The notes under the pieces are model-generated. The model saw nothing but the letters and a program-made list of their open reading frames with translations. It searched no databases and had not been told where the DNA came from. Below are positions 1 through 13,407 of a stretch of 64,000 nucleotides of DNA, one piece after another. How positions within the stretch are numbered: position 1 is the stretch's first letter; every line of letters starts with the position of its first letter. The position numbers were made by a program, and so were the translations under genes. This DNA comes from the human T2T-CHM13v2.0 reference genome, Homo sapiens: assembly GCF_009914755.1 (NCBI RefSeq), contig NC_060930.1. One strand, written 5' to 3'.

Positions 1-2870
1 CTCAGAGTCACAAGCTGGGTTTTGGACCAGATGGTTTTCTGAGAGGCACCACTACTCTACACTGTTTCTCAAAGTACTCCTGGTATACCAGGCCTTTCTC
101 CAACACCAAGACAACAGTGGACTATCTACAGAAATTCCATCATAGCTTGTAACTTCTACATATTGAGAAAAAAAAGCTATGTGATACACATGCATAATAA
201 CACCCTACTGAAAAAAGTGAAGTCTACCGAAAGCACCATTTTTGAGGGTCATAAAATCAAGTAGTAAGTCAGGACTGACATTTTCTGTTTGATAACATAG
301 AATAGAATAAACAGAGAAAACAGAGTACCATATGTAGACACGCAGTAAAGGTAAATCATTCCACAAAGCTATTCCATGTACGCATGCCATGCATATATGC
401 CATGTGTGGCATGGGAACCAATGTAAAGTGTATTTATTACTTTGGACACAAACAAAACTTTTTAAACTCTCTGACTTAAAAAATAAACTATAATTAAACT
501 TTTCAGGCCCTGAAAACCCCAAAACATTCACACCATAGTTCCTGTAGGAGATTATTTCCCCCATTTGAAACAAGCATGGATTCTAGAGAAAACTAGCTCA
601 ACTTTCTCAGAAACTAGAGAAGAATTTACTAATTGGATTTTTGTTCAAACCTTTATTATTAGTTGGAGTTGGAACATAACCTTCGAGATTTCTAAAGTCA
701 GTGGCATAACCTTCCCCTGGTTACAGTGACATAAGAACACAGATCAACTGAATAAACCAACACATTCTCCAGAGTGGCGATGTAACCAAGGTCTGCTGAT
801 CCAAAGCAATGTCGAAAGACAGAAACCCCAACCTCGCCAGCTTCATAAAGCATCAATAGCACACAAATGAGACACGGTGGCTTAAAAGTGGCTTGCAAAT
901 GGAACAGAGCTAAGATCCTTATGACAGAACAACACTCAGGCATGCACACGTAAGGACAAAGAGTTGGACTTGGGAAGCTAGCAAGGAAAAAATATTTGAA
1001 ACATCTTTTTATAATGGGAATAGAGTGTGTTGAAGAACTCAGCAATGAAATGACTTTACGGTAGAAATCAAAGTTCTTTTTCCAGGAAGTCAGAGCATTC
1101 TATGTACTTTCTACTGGTGAAAAACTTATGTAAATAAATAACTACCAGGCAAGATGATCACAGCAACCAAACTAAGCACCAGCCACAACCACCCACAAGG
1201 TAAATTCACAAATTGCCTTGTGTCTGCTTTGTAAAAGAATCCCCGACCAATCAAGACTAAAGCAATACCCACCCGTATTCAGGAAGGAATGCTGGTTTAT
1301 CTCAGAAGGCAATCCAGAAACACCAGATACCCAGTTTCTGCTTTAGCTGAGGCGTTTCTAGTTACAAAGTTAAAGAGAAGCTTAGGGAATAGAGGCAAGG
1401 GAACTGTATCGACAATAAAATATACTTATTCTCATGTTCTCTAGTCAAGTTTATGGAAAAGACAAAACTCAAGTGATACTGTTTAAAGAAATCTCAACTG
1501 CTTGTGGCTTTTATTAATACTTGCGAGTTTTCCTTCGAGAAAGCCAAACATATATTAAGCCCAAGCCTGACAATTTACTGTACCACTAAAATTATTTTAA
1601 CCAGTGAATAGATTAGCCTTTATTCTTGTTCTATACCTTTTTCAATAATGCACAAAAACTTATTAAGCTATGTCTTAAAACATAAAAACAAACCTACAAT
1701 ACTACAAGTGTACAATTAGCGATGCAAGCAGCATATTCAGAAATTTGACCAAGCTCCCACAAACCACAATTACTTAGGGGATGGGAATCCAAAAAGTCTT
1801 AGCTAAGCGGTGGCGGGTGCGGGGCATGGAACCGGATCAGTATGGGAGTGATGATCTCTTCTTTCCTTATAGCTTATTCCCTCCTCTTCCCTCCAGGTTA
1901 CTGCCACCTTCTTCCATTCACTACCATTCCCAATACAGTCTTTTTCAAAAATAAGAGGGCATGAAAATGGAAAAGTAGAGTCCCTCTTCATTCCACTAAT
2001 CCTAATGAGCTCCCACTCTAGGAAACGCCCTGTAGGCCAGGTTGCTCCCAGTAACTTCACAATTCAAGCCATTTTCACATTGACTTTGGGAAAGGGTCTC
2101 TCCTCAGTGTGAGTTACTCAGAAGGTTGCTTTATATCAAGTGTATGCAGCACTAGGGGCTCTCCAAACACAAGAACCCACGATGTGCCCGCCACATGAGG
2201 CACACGCCCAAGCATGCACTCAAACACTAGAAATTAGCCCAGCAAATGATGGTATTGGTAGGGGAAGCACTAGCTGGGAGACTTGGCCAACAAATCCTCC
2301 CCCTACAACCACTGGGGGAAGATGGTCTCAGACAACTGCTTGCCTAGGCAAGCATTCACCATTTCTCTTACAGCCTAAATATCCAAAGCAAGATGCAGCC
2401 AGCACAGTAACGAATTTTAGCAAAAACTAAGTAAATAAATGTTAGTTTAATGTCTATGATATCTACTAGTCAGTCATCAAATGTCAGCGATGAACTGATA
2501 GAGAATGCTCAGAGATGCTGAATTCAACGGAACAGAGAAGAGGTGTGGTACAGGCTGAAGAGGGGCAGACCACAGCTAGACCACTGCAACCAGCTTCAGG
2601 CATCCCCAGCCTCACACCACACACATTTGTGTATATGAACAGTGTGTATGTTGATTACACATAAATTTTCCAATCACATTTATTAAAACAGTGATTGCCA
2701 TAAATATAATCTTTAATTAGGGAGATTAGAAATATAAGGTAAAGACTACCCATAGTTCACAACGCTAGAAAAAGTATAACTATACATTGGAAAAAATCAC
2801 AGATGCCGTTGCTAAGGGAAAAAGTAATTATGAAAATCTGTGACTTCTCTTAATAAAGATACCCTAACAT

Positions 2871-3180
2871 GGCCAGGTGTGATCGCTCATGCCTGTAATC
2901 CCAGCACTTTGGGAGGCTGAGGCGGGTGGATCACCTGAGGTCAGGAGTTTGAGACCAGCCTGGCCAACATGGTGAAACGCCATCTCTACTACAAATACAA
3001 CAACCACCACAACAAAAACTAGCCAGGCGTGGTGGCACACACCTGTAATCCCAGCTACTGGGGAGGTGGAGGCACGAGAATCGTTTGAACCCTGGAGGTG
3101 GAGATTGCAGTGAGCCGAGATCACACCAGTCCACTCCAGTCTGGGGCACAGAGTAAGACTCTGTCTCACACACAAAAAAA
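2871..3180 (+). mobile_element. Alu (AluS-like)
   Basis: Full dimer; degenerate TSD CCTAACAT. Confidence 0.95.
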
Positions 3181-3699
3181 TATATAGCCTAACATGAAAA
3201 TCTGTGGTTTCATTACTACTTTTCCTCATGTGCCTATATAATCCCTTCAACGAGAACTTTGTCTTTTCTCGGTTACGACAGCCCCTAGATGACCTGGTTC
3301 TAACCCCTAATGCTCCAATCCCTTCTGCACGCCATAACCAGAGCAGGTTCCTTCCAATACGGCTTCGACCGAGTATTCACAATAGATATTTACTTACTAT
3401 CTGCAAAGTGCAAAGCACTTGAAAAAGGCTAGACTTCAAAGGGCTTCAAGTCTAGGAGAAGTATGAAGTGCATACTCAAATATTCTCAAAGCAGAGTATT
3501 TGCCCTTAAACCAAAAGTTATTAAGTCCTTGATGCCAAAACGCCCTAGGTGCTTTCAATGTCATTTCTCCATCTGAAGAATTATACTCAGTTCCCTGCTT
3601 CCCCACATCTGTTTCTCTGCCCAGTTTTCAGTTCTCTCTAATGATCTGACCCTTCCTTACCAAACCAACTATTGTTTTTATTGGTCACTTATGATATCC

Positions 3700-3790
3700 A
3701 GACTATGTTTATTAAATGAATGAACTCATGTAAAGTTTTAATAATAGTGTCTCGCCACGGTAAACATTCACTAAATATTAGCTATTGTTA
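3700..3790 (+). mobile_element. MIR 3' fragment
   Basis: ATTAAATGA...ATGTAAAG...TAAATATTAGCTATTGTT resembles the MIR core end. Confidence 0.6.
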
Positions 3791-4114
3791 AGCTTATGGA
3801 TAGGTCGACTGATTCAGACATGACTTTCAATTTAGTATTTTAATCATTTCAGGATTTGACGTCAACACTGAGATACCAATTCCTTGAAGGATTACGTAAA
3901 GGAAGTGATAGGTTCCACTTGAGTTGCCTAGGTTATACAAGCACTCCAAAGACACTTCCACAACTGGAAATTCTAGATAATAGCATAGTCTACACTAGGA
4001 TAAAGACATTTTTTGACTCAACTGACTATTGATAGTGAAGAGATTATCAATCCAATGGCCAGTATCATTAAATACAATAGATCGAATTTGTAGGCTTACA
4101 GCATATCTATAAAA

Positions 4115-4480
4115 CAAACATTCATTTATTCAATAAATAAATTGTACCTGCTACTGGTATGCATGTATGATGAATAGGTATTATCCCATTTTACAGTGTG
4201 GAGGAGAGAGTGAGGAGGAAGCACAAGGAGGCAATGGGGTAAGGGAAGCAGCATGTATAGGGCTTAAGAGAGCATTGTTAAGGCTTAGCTATTCAACTCC
4301 CTGGAGAAGGAGAGCACCTGAGGGGTTTCAAGCAGTGAAGTTACACGTGACTCATGTTTGAGGTTTAACAGGATCACTGAGGCTGCTAGGTTAAGATCAG
4401 ACCAATTGGTGGGGAGGGGAGCGGTGTGTACAAAGGTGAAAGCAGGGAAACCAGTTAAGAAAAGATTGCATTAGCACAAT
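4115..4480 (-). mobile_element. L2 fragment(s)
   Basis: TTCATTTATTCAATAAATA L2 terminus and AGGATCACT-type L2 motifs. Confidence 0.5.
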
Positions 4481-4790
4481 GGAGCTTCTCCTTATCAGGC
4501 TTGGCATCGTTAATTCCATATCTCTGTTCACTAAAGCCAACTTTACTAATTGGTCAAAACAGCCCTGATCAAATTTTTTTTTTATCCAAAGAGCTTGATA
4601 CATGCATAGTTTGTGTGAAGCAACAGAAAACACCAAAAGTATGCCATCGAAATTATGTTTCCACAAACAGAACCCTCTCTTTTATTACACTCAAAAAAGT
4701 CCAGAGTTGAGAGCGCTGGGAATAAGCATACAGTGCTACCTATAACTTGGACTTCTGAATGGTCTTCTGTCCTCTCTTGCTGTCTCCACT

Positions 4791-4853
4791 CTTGTTCCCC
4801 TTTGATCCATCCTTGTTCCCCTTTGATCCATCCTTGTTCCCCTTTGATCCATC
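4791..4853. repeat. Tandem repeat, 3 x 21 bp (CTTGTTCCCCTTTGATCCATC)
   Basis: Three perfect copies read directly. Confidence 0.97.
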
Positions 4854-4893
4854 ACTGTTTTTAGAGTGATCTTCCCAAAACAGGGATTACAGG

Positions 4894-5021
4894 CAGTGGC
4901 TCAAGCCAAGCCTGTAATCCGAGCACTTTGGGAAGCCGAGGCAGGTGGATCACTTGAGGCCAGGAGTTCAAGACCAACCTGGCCAACATGGTGAAACCCG
5001 TCTCTACTAAAAATACAAAAA
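4894..5021 (+). mobile_element. Alu left arm only (within the inverted duplication)
   Basis: CAGTGGCTCAAGCC...CTACTAAAAATACAAAAA; no right arm. Confidence 0.9.
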
Positions 5022-5119
5022 CTGGCCAGACTAAGCCAAATTCAGAAAGTATTTGCTTAGCACATTAGCCTGTGCACAAAGCACCATTTAATCGAGTCCC
5101 AGATGTGTTAAGTTTACCC

Positions 5120-6060
<941 letters not shown>

Positions 6061-6069
6061 GGACATCTA

Positions 6070-6462
<393 letters not shown>

Positions 6463-6608
6463 GCAAACAAACAAACCCCTCTAATTTGACAGAACATGTT
6501 ATAGTTAAACCAAAACACCCTGAAATTACATGGAAATATATTTTATAATAATTGCATGAGACATAAAAATTAACCCTAGATAACATGCAGGATCTTTTAA
6601 AATTATTA

Positions 6609-6941
<333 letters not shown>

Positions 6942-7574
6942 GTAAACTGTTCATAAAGATCAGTTTCAAAGAAGGTTTCCATAACTTAGCAAAGACATTT
7001 TAATGGAAAAGAACATAGGTTACTCACTTCCAAACTCAAGCCCTGACAATAAGTTGCTTCTTTTTATCACTCTTAAGATACTTTTCATAATTTAAAAAAA
7101 AACCATATTTTTCATAATTTAAATGCCTCTTCTCAAAACAAATGCACAAAGTTTTTAAACTAAAAAAGGAAGGATACTAGATAAAATATCATTTAAATCG
7201 AACTTCAACAATTTAATTTGCAAATAAAGACATATTAAAATGAACAAGGCAGTGAGACAACAGAGTCCCAACTTCAGAAGAAAAAATAATAATAATCAAA
7301 GGTCAATAAAGGGCAGTCTCAATGGACCAGAGAAAACATTAAGTGGCACTCACTGTGTGTCTCTTTCACAGAATGTCAACTTCAGTAGGAAGTAAGAGCA
7401 AAACCATGACATTCACTGATCTCTTTTGTTAAGACACGAAGGTAAACTTCCTTTGGCTATTTTTCCGATATATGTAGTAACCATCAGAATAAATAAAACT
7501 TACTGATCTTGTTTCACTCTTAAATTTGTGATGCTACTTGACAATATTTGTCAATATTTCTTAGGTTTTCTTAA

Positions 7575-7935
<361 letters not shown>

Positions 7936-9555
7936 AGGAAGCTATTCCTAAGTCCCACCAATTTAAGGATTTTATTATCAGAAATAGATCACAGCTATTT
8001 ACATGGAAACAGGATCTTGACTTTTGACCTAGCTGCTTTTGGTTTTTCATGTCATTTTTCTCCACTGTAATATCTGGTCATTAGTAATCTAATTATGTGC
8101 AAGGATCCTGCTTTCTGCAACTATTTTATTAGGAGAAAAACTGGGATGAAATTACTTTAAATAGATCCAACTCCCACACTCAAAAATTGATTATCTAGTA
8201 TATGGATTATTCATTACCCTTGATGCCTAGTATGGTCATTCTCTGGCCATTTTTGTAGTGGCTGAGAAGGGAGGACACTGACATTCAAATGATTCAAAGC
8301 TGGTAACATTACTAGTCTGTACGATAAAGTCCAGAAGGAAAGGATGAAACATTGTTCAAAGCAAGGCTTTGCATGTCAATTACCTTCTCTATCTGCTGAC
8401 CTGCCAATACCAGGATCATCAATCACGCTTCTGCCCAGCTAAATGGAGAGCTGGGGATACAACAAAACAAGCTCTGCTCAATGAGAAGACGGACACCCCA
8501 TATGATTCCACCTCTTTTAGTTTTATTTGAGTGAGCAAGAAAGGGAAAGCACAGAATAAATACTACTAGTCATTAGTTTTCCTCAAGGACCTTCCACAGT
8601 GCTGGAAAAGCAGCAGGCACTCATTAAATCTTGTTCAGTTAAATGCTAACAGTTAGAAGACCATGCAAAACATGAAAATGTTCCAGATAAAGTTCCTTTA
8701 TGCGGACCTTCTCATCTAGGTCATCGTGTTGCACTTTTTCACAATTATCCTACATTTTCTCTTTAACCCCCCTGCTTTAGATGTCTTATTTGCTTCTCCA
8801 TTTAAGCATGAACTCCATGACTTCAGGGCCTGAGTGCTATCTTTCTTTGTATCCTGCACATAGTATTCAGTAATGATTCCACCAATAAATGCTCTCACAA
8901 CTTCACGTGAAAAGTTACATATTGTCTTATCTACCACTGCATTCCACTTTTTTACTATAAAGAAGACACTGATTCACACCCTTGATTTGTATGGCTAATT
9001 AAGTCAAAACATCATCTACTACTGTAGTGGGTCATATCATACTAGGAATATAAGAATTGATCATTGCTGTTACCCAGTTCATTCTTACCTCTCTGAGTAT
9101 AAACGGGGATGGGATTCAAGAGAATTTTGAAACTTGTAGTGTGCTGTCAAACACACATACAAAAGAAAACATACAGATGCTTACTGGTGGCTGCTTTGGA
9201 CCTATCAATATGTATCTTGTAATTACTTTTTAAGCTGAGGAACAGTAGTCTAATCAGAAAATGCATACTAGTAGCTTCTAATCGTATAAAAAGATTCTCA
9301 AAAGAAAAAGAAAATCAAGCACTATAATTTTATCCCTAGTTTCTTGACATTAAATCATAAAGCTATGGGTTTGTTGTACTGAAAGATACCCATAAGGGTA
9401 ACCACTTAAAAACTTTATTTTGATGTTCCTGATAACAATCCAGCATAGAAATTCCCTATTAAAAGACCTTCTGTTTCAGAAATTGAATGTGTGTCATACA
9501 ACACACTATCCACACTGATGGTAGGAGCTCAGCAGGCTAATGGTGCAAAGCATAC

Positions 9556-9741
9556 CTGGAGACAGCGGGCAGGGAACAGGCAAGCAGTGTGGCCTGGCAG
9601 CAGCTGCTGGAGGGGAGGGAGAACGCCAGGAGCTGCAGAACCGGACCCCCGCCAACCAGAGATCCCACAGGGGGACAACTGATGCGAGGCTAGCTTGTTA
9701 AGCTACAGTTGCCCTACATCTAGCTGTCACTGCATGATGGT

Positions 9742-9792
<51 letters not shown>

Positions 9793-10050
9793 AAGAGAGC
9801 GAGAGAGAAAAAGAGAGAGAGCGAGAGAGTGGGGAGGAGGGAGAGTTTTTGGCAATCTGTGTAAATCAAAAAATGTTAATGTAAGTTAGGGGGGTTGCGG
9901 AATAAACTGAAAGAAAGGTGGATTAGGCTGTGTGTGATTTGGGCAGAGAGATATAAAAGATGCTACACATTCCCATCAGACCAATGTGTCTCCCAGTGCA
10001 TATTTATTTGCAACCAAATCCTAACGTGGCCATTGGGCATTCTTAGCATT
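9556..10050 (-). promoter_or_regulatory. Candidate additional minus-strand promoter and first exon
   Basis: GC-rich patch 9556-9700 ends in a strong donor CCAG|GTATGC. It is preceded by (TC)n(CA)n, with CCAAT/ATTGG elements near 9980 and 10032. Confidence 0.45.
9742..9830. repeat. Compound (TG)n(GA)n microsatellite
   Basis: Direct reading. Confidence 0.97.
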
Positions 10051-12215
10051 GACTGATAATCCTTGCTAGAGTTTCAGCCTATTTGATGCTTCTAAGAAAA
10101 AACTTCATTTCTGCATATTTTTTCTTGAAGACTTTTCCTCTTTTGATCTGCTCACATAAACAAATGTCACTTCTGTATTTCTCCAAAGGAAGGAATTGTG
10201 TGGAATAAAGATCAACTGTTATAACATTCCCCTGAGACAAGATGTCAAAGTTGGAAGCCAATTTTCTTTTGTAAGTCAAATGCGAAAACAGAATATAATG
10301 CCATGAATTTTGATGTATAAGCAGCTTTTTAAGGATTCTTTCTGACACCGTATGTCAAAAATCATATTATTCATGCCCAATTATTTAAAAAAAAAAACAC
10401 ATAAACTTACACCCTGTATTATGCTTCCATTTATCTTCATGAAGCTACTGTATCCCCTATTCCGTTAAGGGATAAAGGGCACAATCTTTTGTATCGCTAC
10501 GTAAGCAAGTCCTCCCTTCACAAGTTGCCCCTGTCCTTTACAATGACTTCTTTATTTTCCACAAGTCACATGTACAGTATTTGCTTTATTTCCCAACTAA
10601 AACTAATACACACAAATTCAGTCTCTGTTCCTTTAATGCTAATTCAGATGAAGCATCTACAGTAGAAATCCTACAGCCTCATGCTCACATGTATACAGTC
10701 GTTAACAGAGACTTGACAGTGGTTGACTTAAAGTCAAACAAGTCCTACAAAGCAACCTTTGGCAAAGCCCAAAGGAATCAAAACTATACCCTCCTGCGAC
10801 CACAGCACTACTGAATCCACCCTCCAAACATTTTTGTTTCAAACATTACAACCCAATCATTTACCAAAACCACAGCTTATTCCTGATTTAGAAAAGTAAA
10901 GTTCACGGACTTACTAAACTATACAACTCCAGCCAGAAAGCACAAATGCCTTTTCTAAGCCTGGCAATCACACAGCATTTGAACTGAAAACCCACATTTT
11001 TAAGCTCAGAATCAGTGGCTCATTGTTGATCACCTTGTTGATACAATAAACAACTGATATCTTCAAAGATTATTAGCTAGTCCCTCTTGTGCCATAGTTT
11101 AACAGACAAGAACAAATAGTTTACACACACATTCACTCTGAAGAAGGGCTGCATTAATGCTCAGCCTGTGCGACATAATTACTATACTCATAAGCACATA
11201 TTTAACTTAGTTGATTCTCTCACGTTTCAGTAGTTTTGCTTTCCAAAGCAGGGGGAAGCACAGGTCCCTGAAAGACTCCAGCAAGGTTTCTTTTGGCATG
11301 GGGAAGAATGTGATAAACATGGAAAACACAATCACGCGGAAGGTCTGGACTTGATTCCTTTGTGATACTTAAATAGCACTCCCCTACTGGGCTTTGCCCA
11401 CTGCACCGAATGGAGAAACCATTTTAGAGCTTAACAATTCAGTCCCTACACACACTAAGAGGAAGAATTCAGAAAATCTAAATATAAAATAGGGGTGTGT
11501 TAAGAAATATCGAACTGTTTCCCTCTCTCCCAGCAGGACTGGTATTTTTTTTCATCTTGGAGGCAAAACATGTTAATCCTGAGAACAGAGCCAATGTCAG
11601 TCTGAAAAGAAACTTGATAGAAATCTAAAAACTCTGGTTAAAAGAAGGAAAGGAGAAAGAAAAAAAAAATCCAGAAACTCCTTGGGACCAACATATCAGT
11701 GTTAAGCCCCTTGCGTGTTCATTTTCCTTGATGTCACAGCCCAACACTGGTTTAATTCAAGCATTCATGTAATTCCTCAATCTTAGAAGAAGGATGCAAG
11801 AAGACTATGTACGATTCCCGAAGTTTTCTCAGTGCAGTTTCACAAGAGTTCCACGTTCTAGCCCCAGATTGCTATAAGGGCAGAAGATTCTCTCTAGCTA
11901 GGGTGGTGGGTGGTTTATCATTGAACTTTTCACAAGTCACATGAGCATGTGGCTCTGATGGAGGGAGGGAGGCTGCCGAGAACAAATAACAGCTACTTTA
12001 TCTTTCTTTGAATGATACAAGATACAAGCTCAAGCTGAGGAAGAGCATTTTTATTTTAGACATGTAAACAAATGACGCCGAATTCCAATACAAAAACAAA
12101 CATTTCAAAAGAAACTCCTAATGGGGGCAAAAATCATGAAGGGGGAGTGATAGAAACAAAGAATTCTACATAACAAACTTTTTCAAATGTTTAAATTTTT
12201 TAAAAATCGAGTCAC

Positions 12216-12417
12216 CTTTTCTGGGCTGGGCTCTGTATATCCAGTTTTCGTCATCCACTTCCACCTGCTGCCCACAAACCGAGAGCTCTCCATCACTGCG
12301 AAACAGCCTCTTTGTCTGCCTGGACAAGGAGGAGAAATTTATCCAACTTACAGCACGTGAGAGAGAACCTGTATTCGGCTGGAGTCTGAAGGAACCTGAA
12401 GAGCCTTCCTTTTTCAT
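12216..12417 (-). CDS. NHSL1: NHSL1 alternative first coding exon (67 codons + 1 nt; MKKEGSSGSF...WIYRAQPRK)
   Basis: ATG at 12417-12415 (context AAGAAGATGA). The peptide matches my memory of the human NHSL1 N-terminus, which continues AVSNLDEESRW in the next exon (outside this window). The donor AAAG|GTGACT after 12216 is phase 1, consistent with the following Ala codon. The ORF-track tail GDSIFKK... is intron read-through. Confidence 0.93.
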
Positions 12418-13150
12418 CTTCTTTTCAAAATCAACTAGAGACAAAGAACAGCCCAGCAAACAAAACGCTGGGTTTTTTGCGTTGGCCCAGGTCCTCTCCA
12501 CGAGCCTGCTGTTTCCCTCTTAGACAACGCTGACAGTCAGGCACCGCATTATCCAAAAAGACGGCTTCTGTGTCACCCAATTAAAAAGAAAGGGAAAAGG
12601 AGGGGTTAAGAAAGAAAAGAAAAATGTTTTACCCTAGCCACATTGTGGACTCCGTTTCTAGATCCGCGATATCCACGGCCAAAAAATAATAAACAAATAA
12701 AAGTATAATTTAAAAAATGAAGCAGCGTGTTCATTTCAGGAGTACTTGTCAGGACTTTGCAAAACACAAAGCCAAGGCACCCCGACTCTTTGGCGTGTCC
12801 CTAGCATCCCAAATTGTAATCCTACTCCTCTCCTGGGCATCTTTCCCCACCAGGGCAGAAAGCCAGCTGCCCTGGTGAAGTAACTCCTCACCCTAGAGAA
12901 AAAGAGTCAGGGTCAAGCCAGGCACCCAGTTTACAGTTCACCCACACGGTTACTTGGGAGAAATCAAAGAGCTCAGCTCACTCGCCCCAGCACAGGGCAG
13001 AATCATAAACCGCCCACTTGCTCTCCTTCCCGTCTGTGAAGCGCTCGTTCAGAGCCGCAGGACTCCGCAAACAATAAAACCGGCTGCGTGGCTATTGCCT
13101 GGATTACAGAGCAAGCACTCCTGCGAAAGACGATAGGCTTTCCCGACACC
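12418..13150 (-). promoter_or_regulatory. NHSL1: 5' UTR and proximal promoter region of the NHSL1 alternative first exon (TSS not resolvable from sequence)
   Basis: Repeat-free sequence directly upstream of the ATG, with locally retained CpGs (12650-12680, 13010-13145) and a GCAAACAATA FOX/SOX-like motif near 13067-13076. Confidence 0.55.
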
Positions 13151-13353
13151 AAAGGCACCTCATTGGAGACAGAAAACCCCGCCTCTCCACAGTCAATACT
13201 TCAGTGGCAGCTCAAACTTCTGAACTTTAGCGCAGCTAGGGGTATGCAAGTCTGTGCAGAATACAGACTTCTGGGCATAAAGAAAAAGAACTTGATTATG
13301 AATTATCAAACCATACTTCTGAAACTACAATTTTGAGAAGGGGCTTAATACAG

Positions 13354-13407
<54 letters not shown>
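13354..13407. repeat. (TAGA)13 tetranucleotide STR
   Basis: Uninterrupted GATA-type repeat. Confidence 0.97.

Larger units (their letters stand above)
4745..5021. repeat. Inverted duplicate of ~5780-6027 (L2-like segment plus Alu left arm)
   Basis: 4745-4812 is the reverse complement of 5960-6027 at 65/68. Similarity continues through AGAGTGATCTTCC and into the Alu 5' end. Confidence 0.9.

Noticed and set aside
4791-4853. CRISPR-like direct repeats
   Set aside because: No spacers; this is a plain tandem repeat in eukaryotic DNA.
10451-10475. Hairpin TATCCCCT-N9-AGGGGATA
   Set aside because: An 8-bp stem is expected by chance and is too short for a pre-miRNA.
12166-12215. ORF tail GDSIFKKFKHLKKFVM
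   Set aside because: It lies beyond the splice donor and is intronic.
12418-12501. 28-aa N-terminal extension from the GTG start in the ORF track
   Set aside because: Non-AUG start in weak context (C at -3). The recognised protein starts at ATG 12417.
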